Shown one piece after another: positions 22,477-35,330 of a stretch of 64,000 nt of DNA (positions are counted from its first letter, which is position 1; each line of letters opens with the position of its first letter). The notes beneath the pieces are model-generated. The model made no database searches and had not been told where the DNA came from. It was given only the letters and a program-made list of their open reading frames with translations. A program made the translations under genes and the position numbers. Origin of the DNA: Guillardia theta CCMP2712 (lineage: Eukaryota; Protista; Cryptophyta); NCBI RefSeq assembly GCF_000315625.1, contig NW_005434668.1, positions 936,533-1,000,532 on the forward strand, read 5' to 3'.

Positions 22477-23997
22477 ATGAGCTCTTCTGACGCGTTCCTG
22501 CAGCCCTTGGGTGACACAGGTCGATGGCAGCGGCATGGAAGTAAGTTCGCGTGCCCTCGCTGCCATGGTCATTCATGGGTTGGACAGGTGCCATCAATGT
22601 CAACTCTCCTTTCCTGCAGAGGAGGGGGGCAGGGATGAGGAGGAAGACTCTGCAGCGCTTGGGGAAAGCTGGTATCACCTCTCAGCTTCGGCGGCGGCGA
22701 ATGCTCCCAAGGAACATGAGATGGAGCAAGAGTTTGCAAGCATCTTCAAGCAGATGGAGGAGAAGAGGAAGATCAACGAGTTGGTGTGCGATCACCTCCT
22801 TGAGACCTACCCTCTCTGCGAGAGCTGCACAGAGAGGCTGCTGGTGGAGCTCATCGCCGCGAAAGAGAATGCTACCAGGGAGTGCGAGATGTACACGAAG
22901 GAGTACGAACGACTGAAGGAGGAGATCCACAGCGAGGGCGCGAGCAGCGACGTGGACTTGCGGGAGCAGATCGAGAGAGACGAGGAGGAGGAGCGGCAGC
23001 TGATAGCTAAGGTGCAAGCGCTGGAGGAGGAGCGGATCTCGCTGCGGAGGAAGATGGGCGAGATCGAGCAGAAGGGATGCTAGTGGAGGAGATGCACAAC
23101 TGCTACTGGAGGGACTACAACGAGCTGCAGCTACAGCTGCGATCTACGGACAGGGACTCGTTCAAGAGGAAGATAGAAGCGGCCTCCTTGCAGCTGGAGA
23201 TGCTGAACAAGACCAACGTGATCAACGATGCGTTCCACATCTCCCACAACGACGTGTACGGAACTATCAACGGCTTCCGGCTGGGCTCGATTCAGACGCA
23301 GCCAGTGGAGTGGGACGAGATCAACGCAGCATGGGGGCAGACGACGCTCCTGCTGCAGACGCTTGCGAGCAACTGGGACTTCACCTTCCCTCACTTCCGC
23401 CTCGTTCCCATGGGCAGTTTCTCCCGCATTATCAAGAGAGATGACGAGAAATGCGTCTACGACCTGTTCTGCGCCTCTGACATCGGCCTGTCTCGAATCT
23501 TCGGGTTCGGCAGCTTCGACAAGGGAATGGCGGCGTTTCTCGAGTGTGTCAGAGCGCTGCAGGAGCATGTCAAGAGCATCGACCCGACTTTCTCTCCTCC
23601 CTACCGCATCGTCGAGCACAAGGTGCGCGAGAAGAGGATTGTTACATGAGGAAGGAATGTCGGGCATGGATGAAAAGAGATAAGGGAGGCGAGAGGGAGG
23701 AGAGGGAGGGGGAAGGGAGAGTGGGAGGGGAGGAGGAAGGGAGAGTGGGAGGGGAGGGGAGGAACGAAGGAGCATGCAGACAGGAGCAACGGGAACAAGC
23801 GTGTCATAACTTTCTTCAATTCTTGGCTGCGCAGATCGAAGAGCTCAGCGTAAAGTTGCAGTTCAACACCTACGACAAGTGGACGAAGGCGCTCAAGTGA
23901 GTCTGCCTTGAAGTTGCTTCTTGTCTCAGCCTTGCTCAGGTACATGTTGACCAACATCAAGTGGCTCGTGGCGTCGTCTCTCTCCCGGCGATCTTGA
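22477..23997 (+). CDS. ATG6: Beclin-1/Vps30 autophagy protein (apparent frameshift near 23075)
   Basis: YPLCESC, TNVINDAFHI...GTINGFRLG...VEWDEINAAWGQ, LVPMGSFS, FDKGMAAFL, WTKALK|YMLTNIKW. Confidence 0.93.
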
Positions 23998-24244
23998 TCC
24001 AGGCAAAGAGCAGAAGAGGAGGAGGGCAGGGCAGGGCGAGGGGGGGAGGCCAGGGAAGCGAGGGACTGTCTCCGCCTCGCAGCTCCTCTCCGCTCATCCT
24101 GCTGTTTTGTCTCCTATCTTCTTTCCCCCCTCATTTTCTCTCGCCTTGCTGCCTGTCTTGGGATGCCAAACTTCTCAGCCGATGCCTCACCAGCAGTTTC
24201 TGTCCGCCACTCAGTCCAGTTGTAGATAATCTCTTGTATGTAGA

Positions 24245-27200
24245 TGATTACCTTGTATTCCGCCCGCACCTTCTCCACCTCAAGCTGCCTGTCGAGTAGG
24301 TTGGAAGCAGCAGCAACCCCCGCAAAGTTCCTCTCACCTCCCAGCCTTGGTGACGCTATGGTCGCCATACTTCTTCGCTCCGATCGTCTTGTTGCAGATC
24401 CTGAAAGCTCCCTCCAGGCTGTTGAGTTCGATGTCACCAGCCCTCCTCCCTCCCTCCTCATCTGCACTCCTACCTTGATGCCCCTTGCTCCTTGCTCAGC
24501 TTCGCCTCCACATCCAGGACGCACTGCTGAAAGAGAGGGGAGTAGCGCGAGTTGAAGCCGAAGCTCTTCCTCCCTTGGGACTCCCGGGCGGCATCCCTGT
24601 CCTCTCCTCCCGCCTCCTTCATCGGTCCATCGTCATTCTCGCCGTCCTCCGTCCACTCCCCTTGTAGAGACATCGTCCTCTCCTCCTCCTCTGCCTCCTG
24701 ACCCTGCGATGGCATCAAGTCCACTTGTCTCGCATTCTGTTTGGGCTCTGTCTCCAGCCTCACAGTCGTCTCCTCCTCCTCCTCCTCCTCCTCCTCCTCC
24801 TCCTCCTCCTCCTTCATTTCATCGCCCGTCTTTTGACGAGCAGCCCAGTAAAAACTCCCGGCGTTGATGAGGAAAAGTTCTTTAGCGTTGAGATTGTTTG
24901 AGGGAGCAAAGCTTCGGATGTCAACCCCCCGAACTGCAAATAAAAGAAAAGCAAGAATCATAAAACATGAACGGTATCATCAACTTTGTTGCATTTTCTG
25001 CGTCATGATCATGATAATCAACACTAACAATTCAACCTTATCAACACCACTACCAGCATTATCACTTACCGGACACCAAGAAACAAGTGATTTTGACTCC
25101 GAAACATTCAGCTGCAGCAAGGATCTCAGGGCCGCCTATCTTGGAATTCAATCTTGAAGCAAAGTTAACGTTTCATCACGTCGAGAAAGAGGAGAACAAA
25201 ACCTCGTGATTTCCTCAAGGTGATTTAAGAAGTCGGCAGTATTCATGTTCTTCAACTGATTGCCAAACGTGCAATTGTGATAGAATAGAGAGGAAAAAGT
25301 GATATCAGTTGAAATCGACGTATCACATCAAGATGAAAAACTTGGAAACTCGAATCTGTGTATTGGTATCTGGTATTGGTATCTATTCTGATTTGGATCT
25401 ACCCTCAATCTGAATTTGAGATCGAAACTTGTTCTGCACTTCATGACATAATGCCTTTCTCTTCTCGTCTCTACTTAACTTACCTTCATGAATCTTTCCA
25501 TATTTCTTGCCATGTGCCTTGACTGTAGAAAAAAGAATGACCGCGCTTACAACTGCAACAATAATAACATCTTACCACTTGGTACCTCAAATCTCCAATG
25601 ATCTCAATCGGCGACAATTCTGACGAATTTTGCTCTGGACTGTAAATCCCGTTCTCCAACATCTAATGAGAGTGAATTTCAGCAGGAAAAAAGTAAATTG
25701 ATGTGTTCGAAAGCAAACACACTTGAAGGCCCAAACTCTCGAAGAAAGAATCATCATCTTTCTTCTTCGGCAGCTCAGGAGCAAGTCCCTGCTTCTGCAG
25801 CAGCTGCTTGAGGCCATTCCGACCAAAGACCGCAAAGTCCTGCCGTCAAAAGTCAGCCCGGAATTCTCCCATCGCAATCCATTGAGGGTAACCAGTTTCT
25901 TGAAATCGTCGCTGTTGTCCGTGTTCGAGGTCGAAACTTTCGTCGCCATCGTCGGATCCTGACTCTTCTCATCTGTTTGCAAAACGAACAAGTCACACAC
26001 AAGGAACAGAAATCAAGACGGCCTCTCGCATTGCAGGCCAGCAAATCACCCGCTTCAGCTAAGAGCTTGATCTCCTTCGAGATGTATTGAGGAACAAACA
26101 AGTTCCAAAAGAAATCTGATCATTCACCGTGAGCTTCTTTCTTCTCCAATCAAACTTACCCTTCAAGGTGGGGAAGAGGAAATTCTCCCAATAGTCTTTG
26201 TCAAAGGCAATTCGCTCAACTTTCATCTCCGACGGAGTCCACACAACAAAGTCCGCCCACTCACAACCCAGGATCGCCATCAGGCCCTGAACCTACAACA
26301 GCATTGTCAACGGCAGCCGTGCGAACAGACACGAATGACAAGGAGAGAGCAAGTACACCAACGAACGAACACTCAAAACGAACAAGAACAAGAAACAAGA
26401 AGATGAAATCAGCGTCTACAACTATAATCTACCTGATCCATGTAGTACTCTGGGATCTCCTTGTAGACCCGCTGAGAATAAGGGCACTTGATCTCAAGGA
26501 TACCTTTCCTTCCTCCTTCCCTCACGATTCCATCAGGACTCGCCGCGAGCCAAAAGAAATCCTCGTGGATGCACAACCCTGCGTGATCCACTGAAAACGC
26601 TTCTGTCTCCTCCGTCATCCCAAGCTCTTGAAGCCTCTGCTGCTTGTACTGCAGCCAGCAGACAGTCAGTTCCTCTAAGAGCTCAGGTGAAGCTCCTGCC
26701 AACCTGCTTCAGCGCCTGCCCCTCCATCGAGTTTCCCCATCGAGTCGCGTCATTCCCTTGGAAAGTCTCGAAGAGCATGCTGTCCACCAGCTGCTGCGGC
26801 GACTTGAACGGGTTGTGACCCACAGCCGCCCCGAAGTTCGATGCTGTCAATCTGTTCTTTCTAGCCTATGGCAGATGTGAGATTCTTGTGCAGAAACAAA
26901 AGAGAATGACGAGGGAGGAGAGAAAAGAGAAGAGGCGAGGAGATGAGCGGAGGGGAGAGGAGGGGAGAGGAGGGGAGAGGAGGGGAGAGGAGAGGAGGCG
27001 AGGAGATGAGTGGAGGGGAGAGGAGAGGAGGGAGAGGAGGCGAGCAGTGAGGAGTGAGGATAGACCTCGAGCCATTTTCGAGTTCCTTGCTCATATTCCG
27101 CGATCTTGGAGATCTCATCCTTGTCCACCCGGAGGCTCTGGACCAGCTTATCGTAGATCTCCTTATCTGGCACCTTCTCAGAGGACAGGTCAGCCATCAT

Positions 27201-27473
27201 CCTGCTGGCTCTCAATGAGGCTTTCTTCCCGTACACTCCACTTCCTCTCCAGGTATGAGATGCTCGCGCTTTCCATTGGCACCCTGGAGCTCCACGTGCC
27301 TTCCAGGAGGCAGGCGAGAGGACGTAAGGCATGCAGCAGCGGCCGAGAGCCTGAGAAGCATGGTGGAAGCTGCCGGAGGAGAGCAGCCAGTAGCCTTGGG
27401 GTCGGAGGCTTCCTACAAGCGCGCATGGAGCTACTGTCGCCATGGTCAACAGAGCTAGAGCCACCTTCATCAT
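24245..27473 (-). CDS. YqaJ/lambda-exonuclease-family nuclease with N-terminal targeting leader and putative C-terminal pseudo-OTU domain (3' extent uncertain)
   Basis: EQGTRKWLE|ARKNRLTASNFGAAVG, TRWGNSME, WLAASPDG, LEIKCPY, YYMDQ|VQGLMAILGCEWADFVVWT. Downstream exons FDGRTLRSL, DLRYQV, GGPEILAAAECFGVKI, LFLINAGSFYWA. Confidence 0.8.
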
Positions 27474-27816
27474 TTCCCTGCCATAGCGCGACTGGGCGTA
27501 TAGACGGACCTCATCCCCCCCCTCGACAGGTTCGACACGCCAAATAAAATTTTTTCACCACGCCGAATCAACTTTTCTTGACTAAAAATATCCGATCAGT
27601 GAGTTCATAGTATCGTATCATAGACTGAGATCATATCTGTCCTACGGGCCGTCTCAGCAAGTATCCGGCACGCATGTGCTAGACATTTGATCCGAAATCT
27701 GTATGTCATATGATTTCGTGAAACATCAGATCACATAGACTCGTTCGATCATGAAACTGTGGTGCCACGGTACTCTTTATTCCCACAGCATCCAGCAGCG
27801 TTTAGTAGCATCCTCC

Positions 27817-29681
27817 TCATTGACCAGCAGCCTCCTTTAGACGCGCCAGAGCATCGACCTGGTCCATTGAGATCAACAAAGGCACCGAGCAAGCATCCAA
27901 CAGTACAAGTTTTGGGGGCCAGAGACGGCCCTCCCTTACAAAGCGGATGTCCTTGAACCTTTGATCTTGTACCTGCGCACTCCTGTCAACGGTGGGCAAG
28001 AGATAACTTCAGGGCGTTGGACCTTCTCGAAATCCGCCTTTGCCTCATCCTCCTTCCCCATTGCAAACTTGACCGCAGCCAGCGCTGCCGGAACGTCTGA
28101 ACAAAGCGAGGCAGTCAGACAGGGGAGAGTGAGTGGATATCAAGGATTCATACCCTCGGCTCCTTCCACGACTCCAAGGATCATGCCGCTCTTTTGATTC
28201 TTCAGCCTGGCACGTTCTCAGCTCGCACAAGGGACCGTCCAGCGCCATGTACATCTCGAGCGACTTCTCCTCTTGTCCGATCTGAAAGTTGATGATCGCC
28301 AAGTTCTTGAGCGCCTCCGGCGATCCCTTGGTGAGCTCGACCTGGCAACGATCGTCTCACTCCGACTTCCCTCCCCCCCCCCCCCCCCCCCCGGCCAAGC
28401 GATGGATCAGGTGGCAAGGAGATTCCTACCGCTAGCTGGTAGTCTTTGGCAGCTGACTCCCATTTGGACTGCTGCTGATACATAAGCCCTCTGATATCTC
28501 AGTCCGTCAACAGCCCTCAGACGCAGGCAGGTAGGCATCAACCTGTTCACCAGAGCCCTGCTCTTGATCTCGGCTCCGAAATCTGCCGACGAAACCCCCA
28601 ATGGTCAGGGACGGTCGGCGTCGATGACAAGATACCTTTATCGATGATGGACGAAAACTGCTCTTCGGCTTCTGAGAAACGGTTCAAAATGCTGTAGGTT
28701 GTTCCTACACATAGCAGCAAGCTTCGTCAGGCCATACGTTAGGTGTCGCCTCCTATTCCAGCACCTAGCTTCACCCGAATCTCCGGAGAATCTTGGATTT
28801 TGATCGAGTCAAGATAGTCTTGAATGGCAGCCATGGCGTACTTGAAAGGTAAAATGGCGTCAGATCGCATTCGGCTACATCCGCATGTTCCCCTGGCACC
28901 TTCTCGTCCTTGAGCGATTTTCCGAGTTGGGCTCGGATATCCGCCCTCTTCGAGAGCGACAACCCAAGTCTGAGATCGCAATCATGGAATCGCTCTTGCT
29001 CTGCCTGCAGAAACTTGTACTTGCCTGTAGAAAGCCTGCGGTGAAACGACGACGCCGTCTCCACCCTGATGTCCACACACTGTCACACAGCTGGCTGCTG
29101 AGCTGTTTGCGGCAAACCTGTCGATATTTGTCGATCACGATGCTCCATTGCTCTTCAGCTTCCTTCAACTTGCCCTTTTCAGCGAGCTGAGAAATGTGTC
29201 ACGGACCTGAGACGAAGTTCACGGCAAGACCTTGAACGCCTTGTCTGTGGCCGTATCGATAACTCTGGTGAACTCGACGACTTTCTGACAGTCCCAGATG
29301 AGCATCTTGCTGGGATCTCACGTTTACCTCACCATCTGCTTCCCAAGTGCTGCTGCCTTGGCCTCTTTCTCAGACTCAGCACGAACCTAGAGGGAATCAT
29401 CTTGTGACGTGAACTGCCCTGCAGAACCTGAGCTGGAGTGAAGCTGAGGATCGCGCCTGAAATCGCGAGATCAAGCACAGCTCGACGTGGGACCTGCGGG
29501 AACGGAGTGAAATTCTGAAATCACGCACGTGAGATGAAGGATGGTGTATGCCGTTAACCTGATTGGATTGCGAGCAGACAAGTTTCATCGGTCCACTACA
29601 TTTCTGGGAAACAAGGTTTCATCAACCAACAAGAAGGAGAGTAGTGCATACACTGGATCTCATCGCGATCTTGCTGTCCAT
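27817..29681 (-). CDS. TPR protein with cyanobacterial-type C-terminal (R)LWPP motif, multi-exon
   Basis: TPR exons (ALVNR|AYVYQQQSKWESAAKDY, LKNLAIINFQIG) and DQRFKDIRFVREGRLWPPKL. Start approximate. Confidence 0.7.
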
Positions 29682-29900
29682 GCCAGGAAAGGCAGGAGCG
29701 CTTCCGGCATGGGAGAAGGCGCTCAGGCTCGCTGCCCCTTCTGCTCCTGCCACCATGACGGTAGCGATTGCCGCCACCCTCAACATGCCTCGCTTATGAG
29801 TATGATTTGAACCGGTTTGATACAGGTCGTTTCTCTAGATTGGATAATCGGTTTAAATCAATCGAATCACGGCAGTTTCGCACATGCAGTGTTGCACATG

Positions 29901-29986
29901 GGAGCAGGAGCAGGGGCAGGAGCAGGGGCAGGGGCAGGGGCAGGGGCAGGGGCAGGGGCAGGGGCAGGGGCAGGGGCAGGGGCAGG

Positions 29987-30026
<40 letters not shown>

Positions 30027-30061
30027 TCAGGATCAGGATCAGGAGCAGGAGCAGGAGCAGG
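29901..30061. repeat. Hexamer microsatellite (GGAGCA/GGGGCA/GGATCA)n
   Basis: Directly visible; explains the overlapping GA/QG/RS/PA ORFs. Confidence 0.95.
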
Positions 30062-30335
30062 AAAGGTTGCCAGGAGTTGGCATACGGTGGTGTGCAATCA
30101 AATCAGTAAGATGTCGATACAATAGGAGGTTGTGACAGTTGAAGAGGGTGATAGGAATAATTGAAGAAGTGGAGCAAGTGATGGAATATGTCAGTGTTAG
30201 TTGAAGTCAATTAGATCATGATGTGAAGCGCAGATCAAAGGAAGAAAGGGCAGGACTAAGAAGAGAGTTTATGTTAGGGGACAGCAAATCATTCATTCAG
30301 ATCTAGTGATCCACGTCGCTAAACTTCTTCAGCAG

Positions 30336-30560
30336 ATGCCGCAAGGGAGCTTGAAGTCAAAGAAGCCGCAGGTCGTGAACAAGATCAAGAAAGCGAACTC
30401 GACTAAGAAGGGACTGAAGGCCTACAAGGCGAAGAAGCAGACCTTCGGTGACAAGCTCAGCAAGAAGCTGACGGCAGAGATTTCAAACAAGATAGAGAGG
30501 GAGATCGCAGGGAAGTTCAGCAAGAGCGGAGGCAAGCTGTCAATTATCAAGAACACTTAA
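30336..30560 (+). CDS. Small basic UPF0390/L10K (C19orf53-like) protein
   Basis: 74 aa, MPQGSLKSKK...KKLTAEISNKIEREIAGK...GGKLSII. Confidence 0.75.
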   Translation: MPQGSLKSKKPQVVNKIKKANSTKKGLKAYKAKKQTFGDKLSKKLTAEISNKIEREIAGKFSKSGGKLSIIKNT

Positions 30561-30652
30561 GAACACTAGGAAACCATTCATGCTTTGAACCATCCATGTT
30601 GTTTCTGTTTGTATCTGTGTAGTGATCTAGTAGTGAGGTGAGCTCCGTTTCC

Positions 30653-33600
30653 TCAGTACACGGTCCCTCGGCCCGCTCCTTGTAACATCTTCTTCAAGAA
30701 ATTGTTGAACTAGTGGAATAAAAGTCTCAGAAGAGAAGCAAGGAGAAGGAGATAAGATTACATCATTTGCTTCTAGGAGCTTCTCCATCCTCAGATGGCA
30801 TCGATACACCCAGCAGTTCTCCGTCTGTTCATATCCTCGTCACTTGTCTCTCATCCTCTCTCCTTTCGTATCACCACTCTCTCCTCTCCTCTCCTCTCCT
30901 CTCCTCCTCTGCTCTGCTCTGCTCTGCTCTGCTCTTCCTCTCCTCTCCTCTTTCTCTCCTCTCCTCTCTTCTCCTCCTCTCCTCTTCCCTCCTTTCACTG
31001 CTGTACTCTCTCCTCTCCTATCCTCCAGCTCATCTACTCTCGAATCTCATCTCCTCTCTCTCTCTCCTCTTATCTCCTCTGGCTTCTTCTGCCCACTCCT
31101 CAGCCACCCTCCTCCCTCCCCGTCCTCTTCATTTGTGCTATACCTGCCCTGGTCTGTTTATGATGTCGTTCTTGCAGTTTTGAGATCGAAGATTCTCCCA
31201 CATGTCAATGTAATCCTGACAAGCAAAATCACCAAGAAATGCAAAGAGCAGCTCAAGCAGTTCAAGCAAGCGGGGGGAGTGACATGAAAAGAGAGAGAAA
31301 CGAAGGGAGAAGAAACGTGGTGAAGAGGAGGGAGGAGACGACAGGGAGGAGGAGACGACAGGAGGAAGGAAACGAGGGCAGGACTGTTAGTAGGCAAGGG
31401 AGAGGAAGGAAGAGCAGCTGAGTGGGGAGTGTCACGTGCCTGTATTGGGTTGATCGTCCACATGGACGTGCTCTCTGCATGGAGCTTGATAATGTGCTGG
31501 CTCACCCAGTCCGGCGGACCACCAGGGCATTCGCCCTTGCCGATGAAGAAGTTGTACCATCCCTGGCAGCACCTCAATCATCCTCCTCCCTCCCCCTTCC
31601 CCTCGAGTAGCTCCCTCCTCCCCTCGAGTAGCTCCCTCCTCTCCTCGAGTAGCTCCCTCCTCCTCCTTTTTCCTCCCACAGGCACCCTTTGAACTCTCTC
31701 CCCTCCTCCCTTGTCTCTCTTGCTCACCTCCACTGAGCCCCACTCCTCGTTCCACCACAGGCGGCAGGGAGAGCAGTCGTGGCAGGACGAAGCTTGCGGG
31801 CAACAAGTTAAGACAAGTGAAGGATGGCGCAGAGAAAGTAATGGAGGAAGCGGGAAAGTGGTAGCGGCAAACGCAGAAAGAGAGAGAGGAGAGCAGAAGA
31901 AGAAGAGGGGAAAGGAGGGAGAAGCGAAGTTCAGTTCCTACCAGCGACAGAAAGGTAATCGTACTTCCACGTGTGTCCATCGCACCATCTTGTAAAATCC
32001 TGTCACTTCTACATGTTTGCTGCTTTTTGCTGCTCACCGTTGGATTCTCAATCCAAGCACGCCGAGTTCCAAGAGTACGGGAGGAACCTTGAGAGATGGT
32101 GAATGAAGTCGGAGGAGGACGAGCAGAGTGAGAAGAGCAGGTGGGATGGGGTTGGCGAGAGGGAGGGTAGCAGAGGAAGAGGTAGGAGGAGGAAGAACAC
32201 CTCAGGAGGAACGTTTCCGAGATCCTCTCCACAGATCATCATGTTGGACGCAGTCTGCCCCACGAATTTCAAAAACGACCTTCCTTCCTCCTCCTCTACT
32301 GCAATCTCCTTCCCCTCCCCATTCCCTCCTCTTCCCTTCTGCCCCCTTCTTTCCCTCCTCCTGCCAAACCTGGATGGCTCGGAGGTTTTTGAGTCCCCAC
32401 TGCACGGGCCATCAGCGTTCTTCTAGTGCCTCCTGCTCCTCCTCACCTCGCGCAGGCCTCCCTGGGGCACGTACTGTCCACCTCCTCCATGCTTGGGGAT
32501 CTCCCACATGCGGAAGAATCCGAGGACGTGATCGATGCGATAAGCGTGGAAATACTGCACACAAATGTGAACTCAAGTTTTCCGCTTCATCTGGAGAGCA
32601 TACGGCGAGGAAAGAAGATAGGGAGAGAACAGGAGCGAAGAGAAAGGAGGAAGGGGACGGGATGGGAGGGAAGGAAGGAGAAGGGAGGAGAAGGATGAGA
32701 CTGCTGTTTCTCCGTCACCTGCTCCATGTGCTGAAGGCGTCGCCGCCACCACTTGCAACCGTCTCGGTGCATCTCATCCCAGTTGTAGGGAGGAAAACCC
32801 CAGTTCTGCCACATCCCTCACCTTGCGATCATGAGAAAGAAAGTCTCACCTGCTCCGGATAACCAGGCGCACCAGCGTTTCTGTCGAGCTTGAAGAGATT
32901 CGGCTCTGAAGTTCCAGTGAGCAACGAGGCAACCGCAGGAGGCGGGAACAACCAGCCCACACGTCGCTCGAGCATCTTGTGACTCCTCTGCAGACAAATC
33001 AGTGTCAGGCGGGCTCAGGATCAGGACAAGTCGGTTCACATGGGGATATCGCCCTTAAGGGCAATGCCGTTGAGCTCAGCGTAGCGAGAAGCCTCCTTGA
33101 GCTGGTGATGGAGATGGTATTGGATGAAGTAAACTCGCGCAACCTTGTGAGGTAAGAGGTCAGTGAGTCCACTGCCAGGCCTCACTCTCACCGTTGGATA
33201 GTCCAGACTCTGCTCGCGCGTCATGGAATCCGCTTCATCTGCATGGACCCTCCACGTCGTACAATCCCACCTGCACTGAATTAGCATTTCATTGTCTGGT
33301 TGTCAATCTTGACCATTTGTTGTTGAAAGTTCTCTCTTTAGCGAGCTGAACTTTGAATGCTGCGTAAGTCTTCAACCAAGAGGAGCTGGCTTCCGCCCAT
33401 TTCTGTAGCTCGGGGTCCTTCATGATGACATCGATTCCGACCTGTCGACTGAATCAAAATTGCGGGCAGCCCAGAAAGAAGATCGATCACCTTATCGAAG
33501 ATTGCATCCATGAGTTTTCGTTTCTCATCCATCACCTTGGGATGGTCTATCCTCCAGTTCTTGTTCAGCTAAAGCAGAAACGTTCAATCACATCGAATGA

Positions 33601-35330
33601 AGAAGCAGCGGAGAGCAGGTGAAAGGAGAGCAGGTAAAGGGAAAGGAGAGGAGAGGAGGGGCGGGGAAGGGAGGAGAGGAGAGGAGAGGAGAGGCAGCCA
33701 TTGCAAGCTCACCTGATCTACCAGGCCCTTGGCCCAATTCTCACAACCGGAGGCGTCAACGCCAAACCTCTTATTGTAATACTCGCACACAGCTGCTGGT
33801 CGAATGTAACTCGGGTGAAGGGCAAACGACGAGGAGGCGCTGAAGTGCACATGGTTACGGCCCACGGCCCTTGCATGCTGTAAGATTGCCTGTAAGGGGA
33901 AGGGTCCTCCCCGGAGTCGTTGATCGGAAGGACTTGAATCAGTTGTAACCCTGTCAACTTGCACCAATCCACGACTTTCATCAGATCCAGAAACTCTCCA
34001 ATGCCCATCGAGTCCGACGTTTTGATGCCTGCACGGCAGCGTCACAAGACGGCATCAGGTTAGCTTCGGGCCAACCAGACACAGGAATGGCAACTCCTGC
34101 AGATCTGTAGACAGCGGTGGGATAGTTGAAAGTTGAGTCTGACACCACGAATCTTGTATCCGAGTTCGAAGCAACCTTCCTGTTGTCTCCCTTCTCCTTG
34201 CAGACAACTTGTCCATTGCTTGACAAAAGGAGGAATCAGCTCACAAGGTCGGATGCACGCTCAGTCAATGATCACCTGTCGAGCACGACATATTTGAATT
34301 CGACAGGCAACTCCGACTTCTTGACCTTTACCTTTTGAGAACACAAGACGTCAAGTCACAATCTTGACATGTGCATGGCTCATCAACCTGGCCAACATAT
34401 ACATGAGAGCCAACATGCGCCATGGGCAAATAACTTGACGTGGACCATTTCCCGAGAGCCTCAACGCTGCCGAGACCAAACAGTAAGTCCTTCCTCCTCC
34501 CGTTTCAAACCTCGCACCTTCCCGACACCCATACGCTGTGCCCAGCCTCGAGGCGAGGAGCAAACACCACGAACCTCACTGATGCCTCATCATCTGCAAC
34601 AGCATCCCACATGATCTCCGATGGTGAGACCACCTTGTTTTCCGTTTTGGTGTACTGCTCAGCGTTCCCTCGGCCAAAGATGGCCTTCGCGAAGCAGGAG
34701 GTGGCGAGTGTAGCCACCTTGGGAGATCGGAATGAATCTTGCAGGTGAACCTTTGTACCAGGCTTCAAACCTGACAGACTGATGGATCTCTCACAGATTC
34801 TGGCCTCGTATCTGTGTGTGTTCGACATTGCAATGTAATTGTAGACCAAAACATCCTTGTCCAGAGGAACTTCCAGCGTCAGTTCCCATTGTTCTCCTCC
34901 CTTCCGTTGCATCTTCGGAGCACGATTTGCATCCCCTCTACCTAGAATATCACTTGGCCCACTGACTACCATGACGCCATTGTCCAACCCATAGCCGATG
35001 GAAAACACAAGCGTGACTTTCCCGTCGATTGCTGCTTTTGCAGTTGATTTCTCCGAGATGGGAAGAGGTGAGGCTGGTGTGACAGCAAACCCCCCCTTGA
35101 GTCTAAGAGGTTGCGGGCTCTGAATGAACTGATGAACACAACAAAGTCAGATCGTGGCTTCGAAGTTTGCCACCACAAAACATTGTTCGTAGTCGAACCA
35201 ATCATGTTCTTCAAGTGCAAGTTACCTTGGAATACAATCTTCCATGCCTGGGAAAGGTCGGCAGCGTTCCACTCGAGTAGACTCCAAGTAGCAATGAGGA
35301 CAGGATTAGGCATTGGTGCAGATGAGCCAT
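30653..35330 (-). CDS. DPE2: 4-alpha-glucanotransferase DPE2 (2x CBM20 + GH77), with signal peptide
   Basis: CBM20-like exons; RSAGVAIPV, GIGEFLDL, IQVLPIND...DPSPY, LKGDIP, QNWGFPPYNW, RIDHVLGFFRMWEIP, CGEDLG, WVYRCHL, final ...GAGRGTVY*. Confidence 0.93.

Noticed and set aside
29768-30135. GA-, QG-, RS- and PA-repeat ORFs
   Set aside because: All frames are open because of a stop-free hexamer microsatellite.
30767-32862. Leu/Ser/Pro- or Arg/Gly/Glu-rich ORFs
   Set aside because: Translations of purine/pyrimidine microsatellite introns of DPE2.
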